Source: a virus
Lineage: Duplodnaviria; Caudoviricetes
DNA length: 53,965 bases
IMG/VR virus record: IMGVR_UViG_3300034093_000924
Span: 1 to 53,965 of that record
Strand: one strand, 5' to 3'
Part shown: positions 1 to 9,717 of the stretch, in pieces
How the letters are laid out: every line of letters begins with the position of its first letter
Numbering within the stretch: position 1 is the stretch's first letter
Notes under the pieces: model-generated
Databases searched by the model: none
The model's input: the letters and a program-made list of their open reading frames with translations, nothing else
What the model was told of the DNA's origin: nothing
Position numbers and translations under genes: made by a program

Positions 1-3000
1 GCCCGGTCAACCCCATGAAGTTCCCAAGCAGGCGGTCTTTTACGCTGGCCTGGGTGGCGGTCAGGGATGAGCCAATCGTCACGGGTTCTTTGCGGGTGCG
101 GAGTGCAATCTGTCCATCAGCAGCGCGATACGGCCCAATCTTCCTGTCAGCAAACGCTTGGCGAGACTTCTTCAGTGCGTAGAAAATGTCCGAGTTGGAC
201 ATCGCGGCCATGTCAGTAAAGCCCATGTCGCGCAGGGCTGCGCGAACCATACCGACCAACTCCTTGAGCCAGCGCCCAGCCTTTTGACGGAACGACTCGG
301 TGACCCGCGTTTCTTCCGTGTGCGCAATGATCTCGCGCAACACTTGCAGCTTTTGGATTTCTTCGCTGCGGCCCAAGGCGGCGTTGGATGCCGCTACTTG
401 CTGCATCTCGGCCAACAGGTCAGCTCCGCCAATGTCCTCGGCCAGTTTTAGCAAATCAGTCTTGTTGGCATACTCTTGCAACCGCTTGGCCCCAATCATT
501 GTGTCGATGCCGTAATGGCCAAACAACTCGTGGGCCACGGTGGCTTCCAAGTCCTTGAGGTCTGTGTGCTGGTTGCCAACGATCAAGACCGTGCCATCAC
601 TGAATACCGCGCCCTGCACCATGGCGTCCGTGGGATCAATCCCTTCTTGAGACATGCGCGTAAGCAAACCAAGGGAAATCTTGCCGGGGTCGGCGGCGTA
701 CACAAACTTGACGTTCTCTGGCAATCCTGCCTGCACTTTGTCGATAAATGCTTGTGCTTGGGCGGGGTCAATGCTTTCACCGGGTGCGGACCGAACGCGG
801 AAAGCTGTGCCTGCTTCGCTGTCTTTGATCGTCTGCTCAATCTCTTTATCAGACATGCGGCTACCAGCAACCCGCAACTCTTTGGGTGCACCAGTGGCTT
901 TGCGTGTAACTTGAGGTGTGCGCTTACTTGCGGCAACTTGCTTGCCTGCTGTGGGTAGCACTTCTTGAAAGTAGGCAATCTGCTCCTTCAGCGTGGCTTT
1001 GTATTCAGGCGTTGTTTTGCCCAACTCCAGCGCCTTGGCTTCCATCTCTTCGCGCACCACGGCTTTGAAATCGTTGACCGCATCGTCGTCCTTGCCATAC
1101 CGGGCAACCAACGCATCCAGCCGCTTCTTGCGCTGCTGTAGCATCGCCTTGTACCCCGGCTCTTGACGGCCCAACTCCATGGCCAGATTGCGCAGCTTTT
1201 CAGACGTTTCGGCTTCCTTGCGCACATCCCCCCGGTTAATCCGGGCGGCTGTCTGTGCCGTGCGTGACATCGGGGTCTTGGCTGTGCCTGCTTTAACAGC
1301 GGCTGCGGTGGCTTGGCGGCGTTCGTTTTCTTCTTTTTGCAACCGTCCCCGTTCTTCTACAACAGGTTTAATGGGAGTTGTCTCGTACAGGCTTTGGTGC
1401 AACTTGATGATTTGCTCACGCACAGGGGCAATCTTGCCTAACACCATGTTGTATTTGTTGAGCGCAGCGTCAAGTTTGCGCTGAAGGAACACGTTGGTTT
1501 TTCCTTCACGCGCCGCCATTTGCGCAGTAAGCGCATCATGCTCCGCTGCCAAATCGTAGGCTTGTGCCAACAAAGACTTCTTGGCATTGCGCTGGCGCGT
1601 TTCCACCAGCTTCTTCAGGTCTTCAATCTGTTGCGTGACCATTTCATACTCGACCGCAGGCGCACCGCCTTTGTCGTAGATGTCTTGCAACTTGATCTTT
1701 TCCGTTACGGGTTTGTTGTCCTTGTCCAAAACGACGTTGCCATCTTCATCTGTTTTGGTTTTCTCAATAACTTCAAAGTTCGTGCCGTTTGTAAATCTAG
1801 CTTTTGCTCTGGTGTCAAAAAAAGATTCAAACAACGGCGTGCGAGTACGGCGCACGCTTTGAAGCCGCAGCCCCGGTTCAATCGGTTTCTTAACCAGCTC
1901 TTCCCCGCCAAGCCCCAACCGCTCGTCCAACAAACGCATAACACGGGTGCGCTCATCAGCGGCTTTATCCAACGCGGCAGTTTTGGTCTTCTTGTTTTCT
2001 ACGTCCGTGATGGTGGCTATCAGTTTCTGGTCGTTGTTCTGTACGGCAGTGCGCAAAATGTTGGCGGGGCTGAACAAATCAAAGATGTCCGTGCGGGGCT
2101 TCTTCTGTGCTGTGGCCAACTCATTTTCAATCTTGTTGATGTCGTCGGTCTGCTTGGACAGTGCGGCAGCATCCCCAGCCTTGGCCAGTGTGGGCAGCGC
2201 AGCGTTGGCTTCGTCCAGCTTGGTTTGCAACGCCTGTACTTTGGCGGGTTCTTTTGGCTCTGGTGCGGCAGGCGCGGCTGCTTCAACCACTGTGGTTTCA
2301 GGCGCTTCAGTGACTTGGGGTGCTGGAGTGGGTGCTTGCTCTTGGGAGAACAGCGCCATTGTCTCGCCGGGTTGCGTCTGCTGATACGTGCGCATGGTTT
2401 CAAACAGCGGGACTTGGGCCTGAAGCTGCTTGACCTTAGTGACTTGCTGGGCGGCAGCGTCGAAGTCCCCCTTGGCCAACAACTCAAGGCGTTTCTTTTC
2501 TGCGGCTTTGAGTTCGCCCAGGAACTCTTTCTCGGACGCTGCCACACCCCCGCGCTCAGTTACCACCGCGCCCAAGGACTCCAGTTGAGGGAGCAACGCT
2601 TGGCGCTGGGCCTGGAGTTGTTCTTGCTCTTCAATGCTTGGGCCTGCGGCCAACTGAGTTTCAACCGTGTCGATCTGGGTGCGTATTTGACTTAACTGGT
2701 CCATCAGCTTGGTGACGGGCGGTAGTGCGGTAGCGTTGGGGATTGCCTGTGCAGCGGTTGGCTGTGCCCCGGCTGTCTCAGCTTCCATCTGCGCCGCTTG
2801 CTGTGCGTACAACGCGTCAATCGCTTCTTTGCGCTGCTGGTATTCGGCTTCCAGCGGTTTGAACTCGTTGTTGAACTTGGCCAGCTCTTGCTTGGCCGCA
2901 ACATATGCCTTCTTCTCTTCTACCGTGGAGGCCTTGGTGGGCTTGGTTGCAACCAATGCTTCAAGTTGTTGGCGCTGTGCAGCCGCAGCCCGGTACTGAT

Positions 3001-4045
3001 CGTCCAAAGCAATCAGTGCTTCTGGTGCATTCTTGGCAGCTTCGGCTTCTTGCGCGGCCTGGGCGGCTTCGTCCGCTTTTTGTTTGGCCACAGTGTCGCG
3101 TGCAGCACCGCGCTCAGACAATCGGCCAGCCCCGCCAATAGGGGCCAGCAGACCAACTTGGTATGCAGTCCTGCCATATTCAGCCAACGCATCGCTGTCT
3201 GTGAGAGACAACCCTGCTTGTGCACGCTCTAGCATCTGCTGGGTAATTTCCGTGGGGATTTCAGCTACTGCGCCAACGGCGGTGCCTTTGGCCAAGGTTG
3301 CAAGCAAACGCTCTTCGGCCAGCTTGGTGGCGTTGCCTGCTCCAATCGTCAACGCTTTGACGGGTATTCCTGTCAGTTTGCTTACAAGCTGCCCGCCCAA
3401 AGGAATGAACGTCCCGGCCACATCCAGTGCAGCCTGGGGCAAAGCAGCGGCTGCTGCCGCACCTCGGTCAATGTTGAGCGTTTCTCCCCTGGCCTGCTGT
3501 TCAGCGGCTTGGCGCTCGATGTTGCCGCCAAACTGGGAGATTAAAGACGGGGCGGCTGCGCCTGCCACGCCGCCAACAATCGTGCCGACCGGGCCAAAGA
3601 CGGAGCCTGCTGTTGCGCCCAACCGGGCCGCGCCCAGTGTCGATGCTATGTTGGGCGCTTGTTCAGCAATGGCTGCGGGGACTTGGCCCAGCGCTTCCTT
3701 GGCGGCAGAAAAGACGCCTTGCTCTTCGTATGCCTTCTTGACCTTATCCCAACTGACCTGCTCTTCGTATTTTTTACTCCGAGCTTCTCCGCGTGCCAAT
3801 GCGCTTTTGGCCGCTTCCTCGGGAGACCCCATCAGGGATTCTGCGGCGGTCTGTCCGCTGGACAGAAGTGACTCAAGCCCCTTACCAAACGCCCCGCCCA
3901 GACCGCTTTTAGTTGTGGGGGCTGGGGCTTCTACACCAAACGCTTGTGGAAAGTACTTATATGCGTCTCGAAAGGCATCCGCAGGGGACTGTCCTTCTGT
4001 AGCTTCATAGTACGCGCCGTTGGGCAAGCGGATGTAGTTGGCCAT
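1..4045 (-). CDS. Large internal virion/ejection protein of polyvalent type with a zincin-like metallopeptidase motif; 3'-truncated by the window edge (>1,348 aa)
   Basis: Absent from the ORF track, consistent with no stop before position 1 (I did not check every codon). ATG at 4045 gives MANYIRLPNGAYYE..., followed by a Gly/Ala hydrophobic segment (GATAGSVFGPVGTIVGGVAGAA). The same frame near 532 reads TVAHELFGHYG and later LREIIAH. Last gene of the ejection cluster. Confidence 0.8.
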   Translation of the reverse strand, partial: MANYIRLPNGAYYEATEGQSPADAFRDAYKYFPQAFGVEAPAPTTKSGLGGAFGKGLESLLSSGQTAAESLMGSPEEAAKSALARGEARSKKYEEQVSWDKVKKAYEEQGVFSAAKEALGQVPAAIAEQAPNIASTLGAARLGATAGSVFGPVGTIVGGVAGAAAPSLISQFGGNIERQAAEQQARGETLNIDRGAAAAAALPQAALDVAGTFIPLGGQLVSKLTGIPVKALTIGAGNATKLAEERLLATLAKGTAVGAVAEIPTEITQQMLERAQAGLSLTDSDALAEYGRTAYQVGLLAPIGGAGRLSERGAARDTVAKQKADEAAQAAQEAEAAKNAPEALIALDDQYRAAAAQRQQLEALVATKPTKASTVEEKKAYVAAKQELAKFNNEFKPLEAEYQQRKEAIDALYAQQAAQMEAETAGAQPTAAQAIPNATALPPVTKLMDQLSQIRTQIDTVETQLAAGPSIEEQEQLQAQRQALLPQLESLGAVVTERGGVAASEKEFLGELKAAEKKRLELLAKGDFDAAAQQVTKVKQLQAQVPLFETMRTYQQTQPGETMALFSQEQAPTPAPQVTEAPETTVVEAAAPAAPEPKEPAKVQALQTKLDEANAALPTLAKAGDAAALSKQTDDINKIENELATAQKKPRTDIFDLFSPANILRTAVQNNDQKLIATITDVENKKTKTAALDKAADERTRVMRLLDERLGLGGEELVKKPIEPGLRLQSVRRTRTPLFESFFDTRAKARFTNGTNFEVIEKTKTDEDGNVVLDKDNKPVTEKIKLQDIYDKGGAPAVEYEMVTQQIEDLKKLVETRQRNAKKSLLAQAYDLAAEHDALTAQMAAREGKTNVFLQRKLDAALNKYNMVLGKIAPVREQIIKLHQSLYETTPIKPVVEERGRLQKEENERRQATAAAVKAGTAKTPMSRTAQTAARINRGDVRKEAETSEKLRNLAMELGRQEPGYKAMLQQRKKRLDALVARYGKDDDAVNDFKAVVREEMEAKALELGKTTPEYKATLKEQIAYFQEVLPTAGKQVAASKRTPQVTRKATGAPKELRVAGSRMSDKEIEQTIKDSEAGTAFRVRSAPGESIDPAQAQAFIDKVQAGLPENVKFVYAADPGKISLGLLTRMSQEGIDPTDAMVQGAVFSDGTVLIVGNQHTDLKDLEATVAHELFGHYGIDTMIGAKRLQEYANKTDLLKLAEDIGGADLLAEMQQVAASNAALGRSEEIQKLQVLREIIAHTEETRVTESFRQKAGRWLKELVGMVRAALRDMGFTDMAAMSNSDIFYALKKSRQAFADRKIGPYRAADGQIALRTRKEPVTIGSSLTATQASVKDRLLGNFMGLTG

Positions 4046-4103
4046 GTCTGTCACTCAAATTGTGTTGCCCGTGCGACGGCGTTGGGGTTGCGCACAGAAA
4101 ATA

Positions 4104-5831
4104 TTATCGCTGACCCGGCGCTCTTAGTACAGGGGCATTTGCAGGGGGTGCGACAAAACTGCTTCCGCCAGCACCGCCCATACCTGCCATATACACAGCA
4201 AACGTGGGGTACCGGGCCATGAACTCACCGCCCTTCAAGGGGTCTGCGGCTTGTGATGTGTAGGCTTTGTACAGCATAGGTACCTTGTCCGCTTCTTTGA
4301 ACAGCCCAAAACCTTTAAGTAACGGGCTTCCTTCGGGCTCATTACCAAGCTGTTGGTACATGTGGAGAGGGGAACTCAGTCTTGCCGTTTCCGCTTGCTT
4401 CGCTGCAATTCTTTCTTGTGCAGAAATTTGAGCTAGCCCCATTCGCTCTCTTGCATTGATGTCGTACATCTTGGCGCGGTTTTCCGACATTACGCCAAAC
4501 GCAACCCGTGAATCTGCCCGGTTCATATCGCCGTCTTTTTGAAGCGCGTCCAACCCCAGTTTTTCAGCTTCTGTCCTGGTAGCGCGGATGTCTTTCTGGG
4601 CAGCGCGGACTTCTTTGGCGTTCATGTCCGCACGGTTTTGACGGAACATGTCGATCTTGTCAAAGGCTTCGTCCAGTTTTTCACGAGACGCCTCCAACTT
4701 ATCCAACCCTTCGGTGTAGGCCTTGGCCCCAACGCCCGCACCCTTGCCAATGTTGACCAGCCCGTGCGGAGATTCCCCGGACATGATGGCAAGTCCTGCT
4801 TGGAAAATGGCCAACCCAGGTAGATCAGCTTCGCGTTTGCTCAACTTTTCTCCCCGTTCTTTGGTTCTTTTTTCGACGGCTTCCATGCCCAAGCCTTGCT
4901 TGGCTTGATCGGCTTTGATTTCATCGAGTGCAGCTTTGGCGTCTGTTTCGCGGGCTAGTGTGTACGTGCCAATTTTGTTTTGCACTGCTTGCGACACAGT
5001 GGGTTCGCCAAACTGGTCACGCATATTTTGAAACTCTTTTGCAGTGCCTGTAGCGGTCTGAGTCAGGCCAGGGATGTCTGCCATCAGCCCTTCGCCGCCA
5101 ACGGTGGGATTCAGTCCTTGACCGCCGCCGGGTTTTATTCCTCTTGCCGGGGTAGCACCGGGAACAGGCGTGGCTGGAAGCGGGGGTGCTGCGGGAGCAG
5201 CGCGGGGGACAGGCGCGGGAGCAGTGGATTGTTGGAGACGCGCCGCATCTTCTTGTTTCATTCTTTGTGCAGTATCGGGTGCGGCAGTTTCAAGAAATTT
5301 AATTTGGGCCGCTCTCTCCGCAGCTTTTCTACGCGCAAGAATTTCTTCAACTCGTGCTTGGTCATAAGCCAAAGATTCCGGGTGTACACCAAAAAGTCCG
5401 CTGGGGTCAACCATACCGTGTGAGTACCCCTGCGGCTGGCCCCCAACTCGGAACCGGGGAACTTCTCCGCCTTCTTCAAAAGCAACGATGCCACCAGTAG
5501 CCATGCGCTGCATATTAGGTGCCGGGAGCTGACCAATACCGCTGTCTTCTGGAAGCTGTTGTGGCGGCGTGCCTTGCGGCGCACCTTGCGGTGGCATCCC
5601 TTGTTGGGGCGGCATTTGTGGCCCCATCTGCGCAATTTCTTGGTCAACCACTTTAGGCTGCGGCTGTTGCTGCCCCGCCTGTGCACCCTGACGCATCTCT
5701 TTACGGCGGTTGGACTCAGACAGCGCCAACGACAACGTGTAGGGGTCGGCCTTGTGCATAGCCGCGTATTGCTGCAACGCTTGGTCGGACATCCGCGCCA
5801 TTTGGGCGGTAATCTGGTTGACGTTAATCAT
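4104..5831 (-). CDS. Putative ejection / internal core protein (575 aa)
   Basis: Q/P/A-rich, probably helical; contains MATGG, FEEGG and FRVGG motifs; lies between the pilot-like gene and the giant ejection gene. Confidence 0.7.
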   Translation of the reverse strand: MINVNQITAQMARMSDQALQQYAAMHKADPYTLSLALSESNRRKEMRQGAQAGQQQPQPKVVDQEIAQMGPQMPPQQGMPPQGAPQGTPPQQLPEDSGIGQLPAPNMQRMATGGIVAFEEGGEVPRFRVGGQPQGYSHGMVDPSGLFGVHPESLAYDQARVEEILARRKAAERAAQIKFLETAAPDTAQRMKQEDAARLQQSTAPAPVPRAAPAAPPLPATPVPGATPARGIKPGGGQGLNPTVGGEGLMADIPGLTQTATGTAKEFQNMRDQFGEPTVSQAVQNKIGTYTLARETDAKAALDEIKADQAKQGLGMEAVEKRTKERGEKLSKREADLPGLAIFQAGLAIMSGESPHGLVNIGKGAGVGAKAYTEGLDKLEASREKLDEAFDKIDMFRQNRADMNAKEVRAAQKDIRATRTEAEKLGLDALQKDGDMNRADSRVAFGVMSENRAKMYDINARERMGLAQISAQERIAAKQAETARLSSPLHMYQQLGNEPEGSPLLKGFGLFKEADKVPMLYKAYTSQAADPLKGGEFMARYPTFAVYMAGMGGAGGSSFVAPPANAPVLRAPGQR

Positions 5832-5840
5832 GAATATTCC

Positions 5841-7469
5841 TTACCCTATTTTGGAGAGTGCCAGCTCAGCCAGACCTGCTGGGCGCTGCTTGGCTTTAAC
5901 TTTGCCGCCCTTTTTCATACCTGCCATTCTGCTCAAGCCATAACCTGCCATGCCCAGACCTGCTAACTGCGACACGTTGCTGGGGGCGGCTTGGTACATG
6001 TTGGTGCTGGTGGACTGCATCGGCAAGCCGCGCAGCATGTTGCTCATAAAGGCCAACTGCTGCTGGGGGTACTGCTGCGCCATGGCGTAGTTCTGAATCT
6101 GCTGGTTCAAGATGCCTTGCTGCTGCGCTTGCTGTTGAGCGCCCAACTGATTCTGCAAATTAATGTTGCCAACCTGTTGGCCGTACTGCGTCTGGCCCAA
6201 CTGACCCAACTGACCAGCGGCTTGCAGCCCGGTCTGCAACCCTTGCATGCCGTAGCCTGCACCAAACTGGCGAGACTGCTCCCCGGCTTGCTGGCCAGCC
6301 AACCCATACTGTGCGCGTTGCTGTGCGGCGGTCATGCCCTGACCTGCGCCAAACTGTCGGGACTGTTCACGCATTTGTTGCGCGTTCATACCTTGCTGCT
6401 GGTTGGCCAGTTGTGCTTGGAGGTTTTGTCCAGAGCCAAGCCCCTGGGTTTGCAAACGCGAAGCCAGATTCTGCTGGCCAACATTGAACCCCATGCCTTG
6501 ATTGGCCAACTGCGCTTGCAGGTTTTGACCTGAACCCAGTTGCTGTATGCCCAATTGAGCGCCAAGATTTTGCTGACCCACAGTAAGACCCGCGCCTTGG
6601 TTGGCTAACGCTGCTTGCATGCGTGCGTTTTGCTCGGCATTAAATTGCTGTTGCGCGTTTTGGAACGCGGCGTTCTGCCCTTGTGCTTGGATGTCGCCCT
6701 TTTGCGTGGCCAAGTTACGTGCGGCTTCAGCTTCCATCAACCCTGCACGGGAGCCACCAAATGCGCCAGAACGAACCGCCTGACCAGCACGCTGGGTGCC
6801 TGCAATATCGGCTTGACGCTGGGCTTCGCGTTGCTGGATGTCCACTACATTTTGCATGTAGGGGTTCATGAACTGGTTAGCAGTTCCAGGTTGGTTAAAG
6901 CTGTCTGCGCTGACACGCTCGGCAGGCCCCATCTGATACTGCTGCAAGTTGGGCGCGTTTACATTAGCCGGGCCTTGCATTTGCAAGTCTTGCAACTGCG
7001 GTGCATTGACTTGTTGGGAGTTGAACTGCCCGGTTTGATAGTCTTGGGGCGCTTGGAACTGATTGCCAAACTGCCCTGCGTCGTAGCTTGCCCCCATAGC
7101 GCGTTGTCCTGCCAAGCCCGCAATACCCGACGCCGTGTCCAACTGGGGAGATGTGCCCATGTTGGCGGCTCCCCTGAACGACTGCTCCTGCATGGGGCTG
7201 AACCCAGCAACGTACTTGGATGGGTCTTCGCTGAACGGCGTGTAGCCCTTCATGCTAGTGGCGTATTTCTGCCCCGTGGTCGGGTCTGTCTCGTAGTTGT
7301 ACAACTGCTGCTGGGTTGTGCCAAGCATCGTCTCTACGTATGGACGCGCATACTCAGGGATGTTTGTGTTGGACACCGTGGTCTGTGTAGGCGGAGGAGC
7401 GCCGCCACCCCCGCCCATGTACAAGCGTGGCCCCATAAAAAAGTCGAGTATGTCGGTAAATTTGAACAT
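5841..7469 (-). CDS. Putative DNA transfer/pilot ejection protein, Gln/Gly-rich
   Basis: ATG 7469 with GAGGG upstream; N-terminus MFKFTDILDFFMGPRLYMGGGGG; QLANQ repeats; C-terminal hydrophobic helix plus MKKGG; follows a GNAT-like gene as in the P22 gene 14-gene 7 order. Confidence 0.7.
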   Translation of the reverse strand: MFKFTDILDFFMGPRLYMGGGGGAPPPTQTTVSNTNIPEYARPYVETMLGTTQQQLYNYETDPTTGQKYATSMKGYTPFSEDPSKYVAGFSPMQEQSFRGAANMGTSPQLDTASGIAGLAGQRAMGASYDAGQFGNQFQAPQDYQTGQFNSQQVNAPQLQDLQMQGPANVNAPNLQQYQMGPAERVSADSFNQPGTANQFMNPYMQNVVDIQQREAQRQADIAGTQRAGQAVRSGAFGGSRAGLMEAEAARNLATQKGDIQAQGQNAAFQNAQQQFNAEQNARMQAALANQGAGLTVGQQNLGAQLGIQQLGSGQNLQAQLANQGMGFNVGQQNLASRLQTQGLGSGQNLQAQLANQQQGMNAQQMREQSRQFGAGQGMTAAQQRAQYGLAGQQAGEQSRQFGAGYGMQGLQTGLQAAGQLGQLGQTQYGQQVGNINLQNQLGAQQQAQQQGILNQQIQNYAMAQQYPQQQLAFMSNMLRGLPMQSTSTNMYQAAPSNVSQLAGLGMAGYGLSRMAGMKKGGKVKAKQRPAGLAELALSKIG

Positions 7470-7479
7470 CACAGTGCCC

Positions 7480-7893
7480 TCATATCTTTGTTTCAACCAC
7501 GGTATAACGCCGTGTAAATCCCTGGTTCTCCAGCAGGCGAACCATTGCTGGACGCCCGCCCGCTTGAATCTTGGTAGCGCCCATGCCGCGCAACACCGCC
7601 TTTAACTGATCCAGTACTGGCTCATTGACAATCCCTGCACCCCCTGCGCTAGTCACAAACGCCACCCTGTCGTTGGGGTAGTTTTGAAAAGCGATTGTCA
7701 TTGCCCCGTGAAGCTGGTTGTCTTCGTCAGTGGCCACTAACAACGTCCAATGTCCCAGCGTGACGTACATTTTGATCTGCTCAAGCGAGTAGTCATCCCC
7801 GCCAAACTTCTCTGTTGCAGCGATGAATTTCTCCACCAACGGCCAAGTCTGGGCGGTGTACTGTTGCGGGACATGCTGGACAGTGAGCGTCAT
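7480..7893 (-). CDS. GNAT/acetyltransferase-like virion-module protein (positional analogue of P22 gp14)
   Basis: 137 aa with GNAT-like pattern (AFVTSAGG...GATKIQAGGRPAMVRLLENQGF); immediately upstream of ejection genes. Confidence 0.6.
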   Translation of the reverse strand: MTLTVQHVPQQYTAQTWPLVEKFIAATEKFGGDDYSLEQIKMYVTLGHWTLLVATDEDNQLHGAMTIAFQNYPNDRVAFVTSAGGAGIVNEPVLDQLKAVLRGMGATKIQAGGRPAMVRLLENQGFTRRYTVVETKI

Positions 7894-9044
7894 GCTGGCA
7901 TGTACTTGGTCGGGTTGATCTGCTTGGCCTGTGCTTGTTTACCTGTCCTGGCGGCGCGAACCCGGTCCATCATCTTGTACAACTGCTTGGCCCCAGCGTC
8001 CGATGAGCCGTTACCCAAGCCCGACACCACATCGGCAGAAACCACAAACTCGTCGTTGGCCAACCGGGCGGGTTGCTTGCCTGCAATGGTGGCGGGGATG
8101 CTGTCACTCATGCCGTCTCCTGGGCCTTTGAGCATGCGCCCACCACGAGCGTAGTCGGCATAACCGCCAAGATCGGCCAAACCGCCACCAGCCATACCGG
8201 GCCGGGCAACCATCTTTGTGCCAGCTTCAGCGTCATACCGGGCAGGGTCGTAGCTCAGTGGGGGGGTGGCGTACTTTCCCTGTTCTTGTTCTTGTGCAAG
8301 CCGCTTTATTTGTTCTCCAATACTTGTAAGCCCGCCGCCAGCCATGTTGCGGTAGTCTTTGTACACCGGAGTGTAGGGGGTAGGCGGCTTGACTTCAAGC
8401 GGCTTGTAGCGGTCTGGGTCGTACTTGAGCTTGTTCAACGGGCCGTCATACGGCGGGGCTTCGGGATAGGGACTCTTGCGGTCTGCCAGCATTGCCGCAG
8501 CCGCCAGGGGAATGCCGTATTTGGCCACGGCGGGGAGTCCGCCGTACCAGTTAGCGGCGGAGTTTGCCATGCCTGCAATACCGCCAGGAGCGGCGGGAGC
8601 CGCAACACTTGGAACCATCGCCGCCTGCCCGCCCACATAGGGAGTAGCTATCCCAGACCCAATGGCATCAACACCAGCAGCACCAGCGGCGGGAAGGGCG
8701 CTAGCCGCAGCGGCGGGAGCGGCGGGGGCCAAACTTGCAAGTCCCGCCAATTGAGACGCCTCAACTGATCCAGCAGCAGCGGCAGCAGCCTGAGCCGGTG
8801 TTAACGCAGAGGCAGCTAAATACGCGCTGTCGGCAGCAAGTGCTCCAGCCGCAGTCCCAGCACCAGCAGCCCCGGCTCCCGCGCCCGCCGTCCCTGCTCC
8901 AGCAAGCGTCTCCCCGCCAAGAGCCCCGCCAGTAAAATACATGGCAGTCGCCGCTGCAATCAGCGGCGCATTCTGTGAAAGGCTTAAACTTTTGTCAAGG
9001 TTGGCAAGCTCTTTGCCGGGGTCGAATCCGCCGCCACCGCTCAT
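7890..9044 (-). CDS. Internal virion protein with a C-terminal GPGDGMSDSIPA...LANDEFVV domain
   Basis: Ala/Gly-rich N-terminal half; C-terminal motif resembles the GPGTGTSDSIPA-LSxGEFV segment of many tape-measure proteins; AGGAG RBS. Confidence 0.65.
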   Translation of the reverse strand: MSGGGGFDPGKELANLDKSLSLSQNAPLIAAATAMYFTGGALGGETLAGAGTAGAGAGAAGAGTAAGALAADSAYLAASALTPAQAAAAAAGSVEASQLAGLASLAPAAPAAAASALPAAGAAGVDAIGSGIATPYVGGQAAMVPSVAAPAAPGGIAGMANSAANWYGGLPAVAKYGIPLAAAAMLADRKSPYPEAPPYDGPLNKLKYDPDRYKPLEVKPPTPYTPVYKDYRNMAGGGLTSIGEQIKRLAQEQEQGKYATPPLSYDPARYDAEAGTKMVARPGMAGGGLADLGGYADYARGGRMLKGPGDGMSDSIPATIAGKQPARLANDEFVVSADVVSGLGNGSSDAGAKQLYKMMDRVRAARTGKQAQAKQINPTKYMPA

Positions 9045-9069
9045 AGCGTACTCCTGGTTAATTGTTCAA

Positions 9070-9098
9070 ATGGTATCATGTTGAGAGCGCCGAGACAA
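9070..9098 (-). promoter_or_regulatory. Candidate sigma70 promoter for the ejection-protein cluster
   Basis: Minus strand TTGTCT-17 nt-TACCAT with an extended TGn, ~25 nt upstream of the 9044 start. Confidence 0.4.
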
Positions 9099-9717
9099 AT
9101 GTGACAGTCAAGATTGCCGAGGGAATAGCCGGGACTGGAGCCGCTGCCGCAACAGCCTTAATTTGGACGTTGGTGTCATCCACACTCCACATCAGCTCAA
9201 AGTAGTCCCCCGCCTGCATAGATAACACAAAATTCCAAGCTGCAATGTTTTCTGCTACGGTTCCTTGAACAGCCATTTCACTGGCGGAATACGCAACGTC
9301 TACCCCATTTATCCGCGCCCAAATGTAAGCGTGCCCTGCGGAACCAGATGCCTTATCAAGCTGCAAGGAAAACTGGAAGTTGTAGATGCCTGCATTTGTA
9401 ACAGTAATTTTTGATGTTGGCGACCCTATAGCAACGCCGTTACTTAGACCAGTAGAGTTAAATGTAACTGTATACGCCGTGCCTGTTGCCGCCGCCGATT
9501 GTGTTGTAGTGTCGTGGAATGCTCCGTAAGGGAACTGAACAAACCGTCCCCCGTTATCCCCCACCACAACGCCCAACAAACTATCAAGCTGGTTAAAGTA
9601 CAACCGCAAGATGTTCATAAACTGCTCTTGGTATTGGGCGTTGTATTCCTGCGGAGCGGACGGCAGGCGCGGCGCTACGACAGGCCGATAGCGGTTGGTG
9701 ATTATGTTAGTTGCCAT
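9076..9717 (-). CDS. Tail-associated protein with a beta-rich (C1q/BclA-like) C-terminal domain
   Basis: N-terminal RLPSAPQEY...LRLYFNQLD helix, then beta-rich GIYNFQFSLQL...GDYFEL; follows the nozzle gene. Confidence 0.55.
   Translation of the reverse strand: MATNIITNRYRPVVAPRLPSAPQEYNAQYQEQFMNILRLYFNQLDSLLGVVVGDNGGRFVQFPYGAFHDTTTQSAAATGTAYTVTFNSTGLSNGVAIGSPTSKITVTNAGIYNFQFSLQLDKASGSAGHAYIWARINGVDVAYSASEMAVQGTVAENIAAWNFVLSMQAGDYFELMWSVDDTNVQIKAVAAAAPVPAIPSAILTVTFVSALST

Noticed and set aside
158-4010. Long plus-strand ORFs (e.g. 1520..2695, 3033..4010)
   Set aside because: Antisense shadows of the giant minus-strand gene; no RBS or recognisable motifs.
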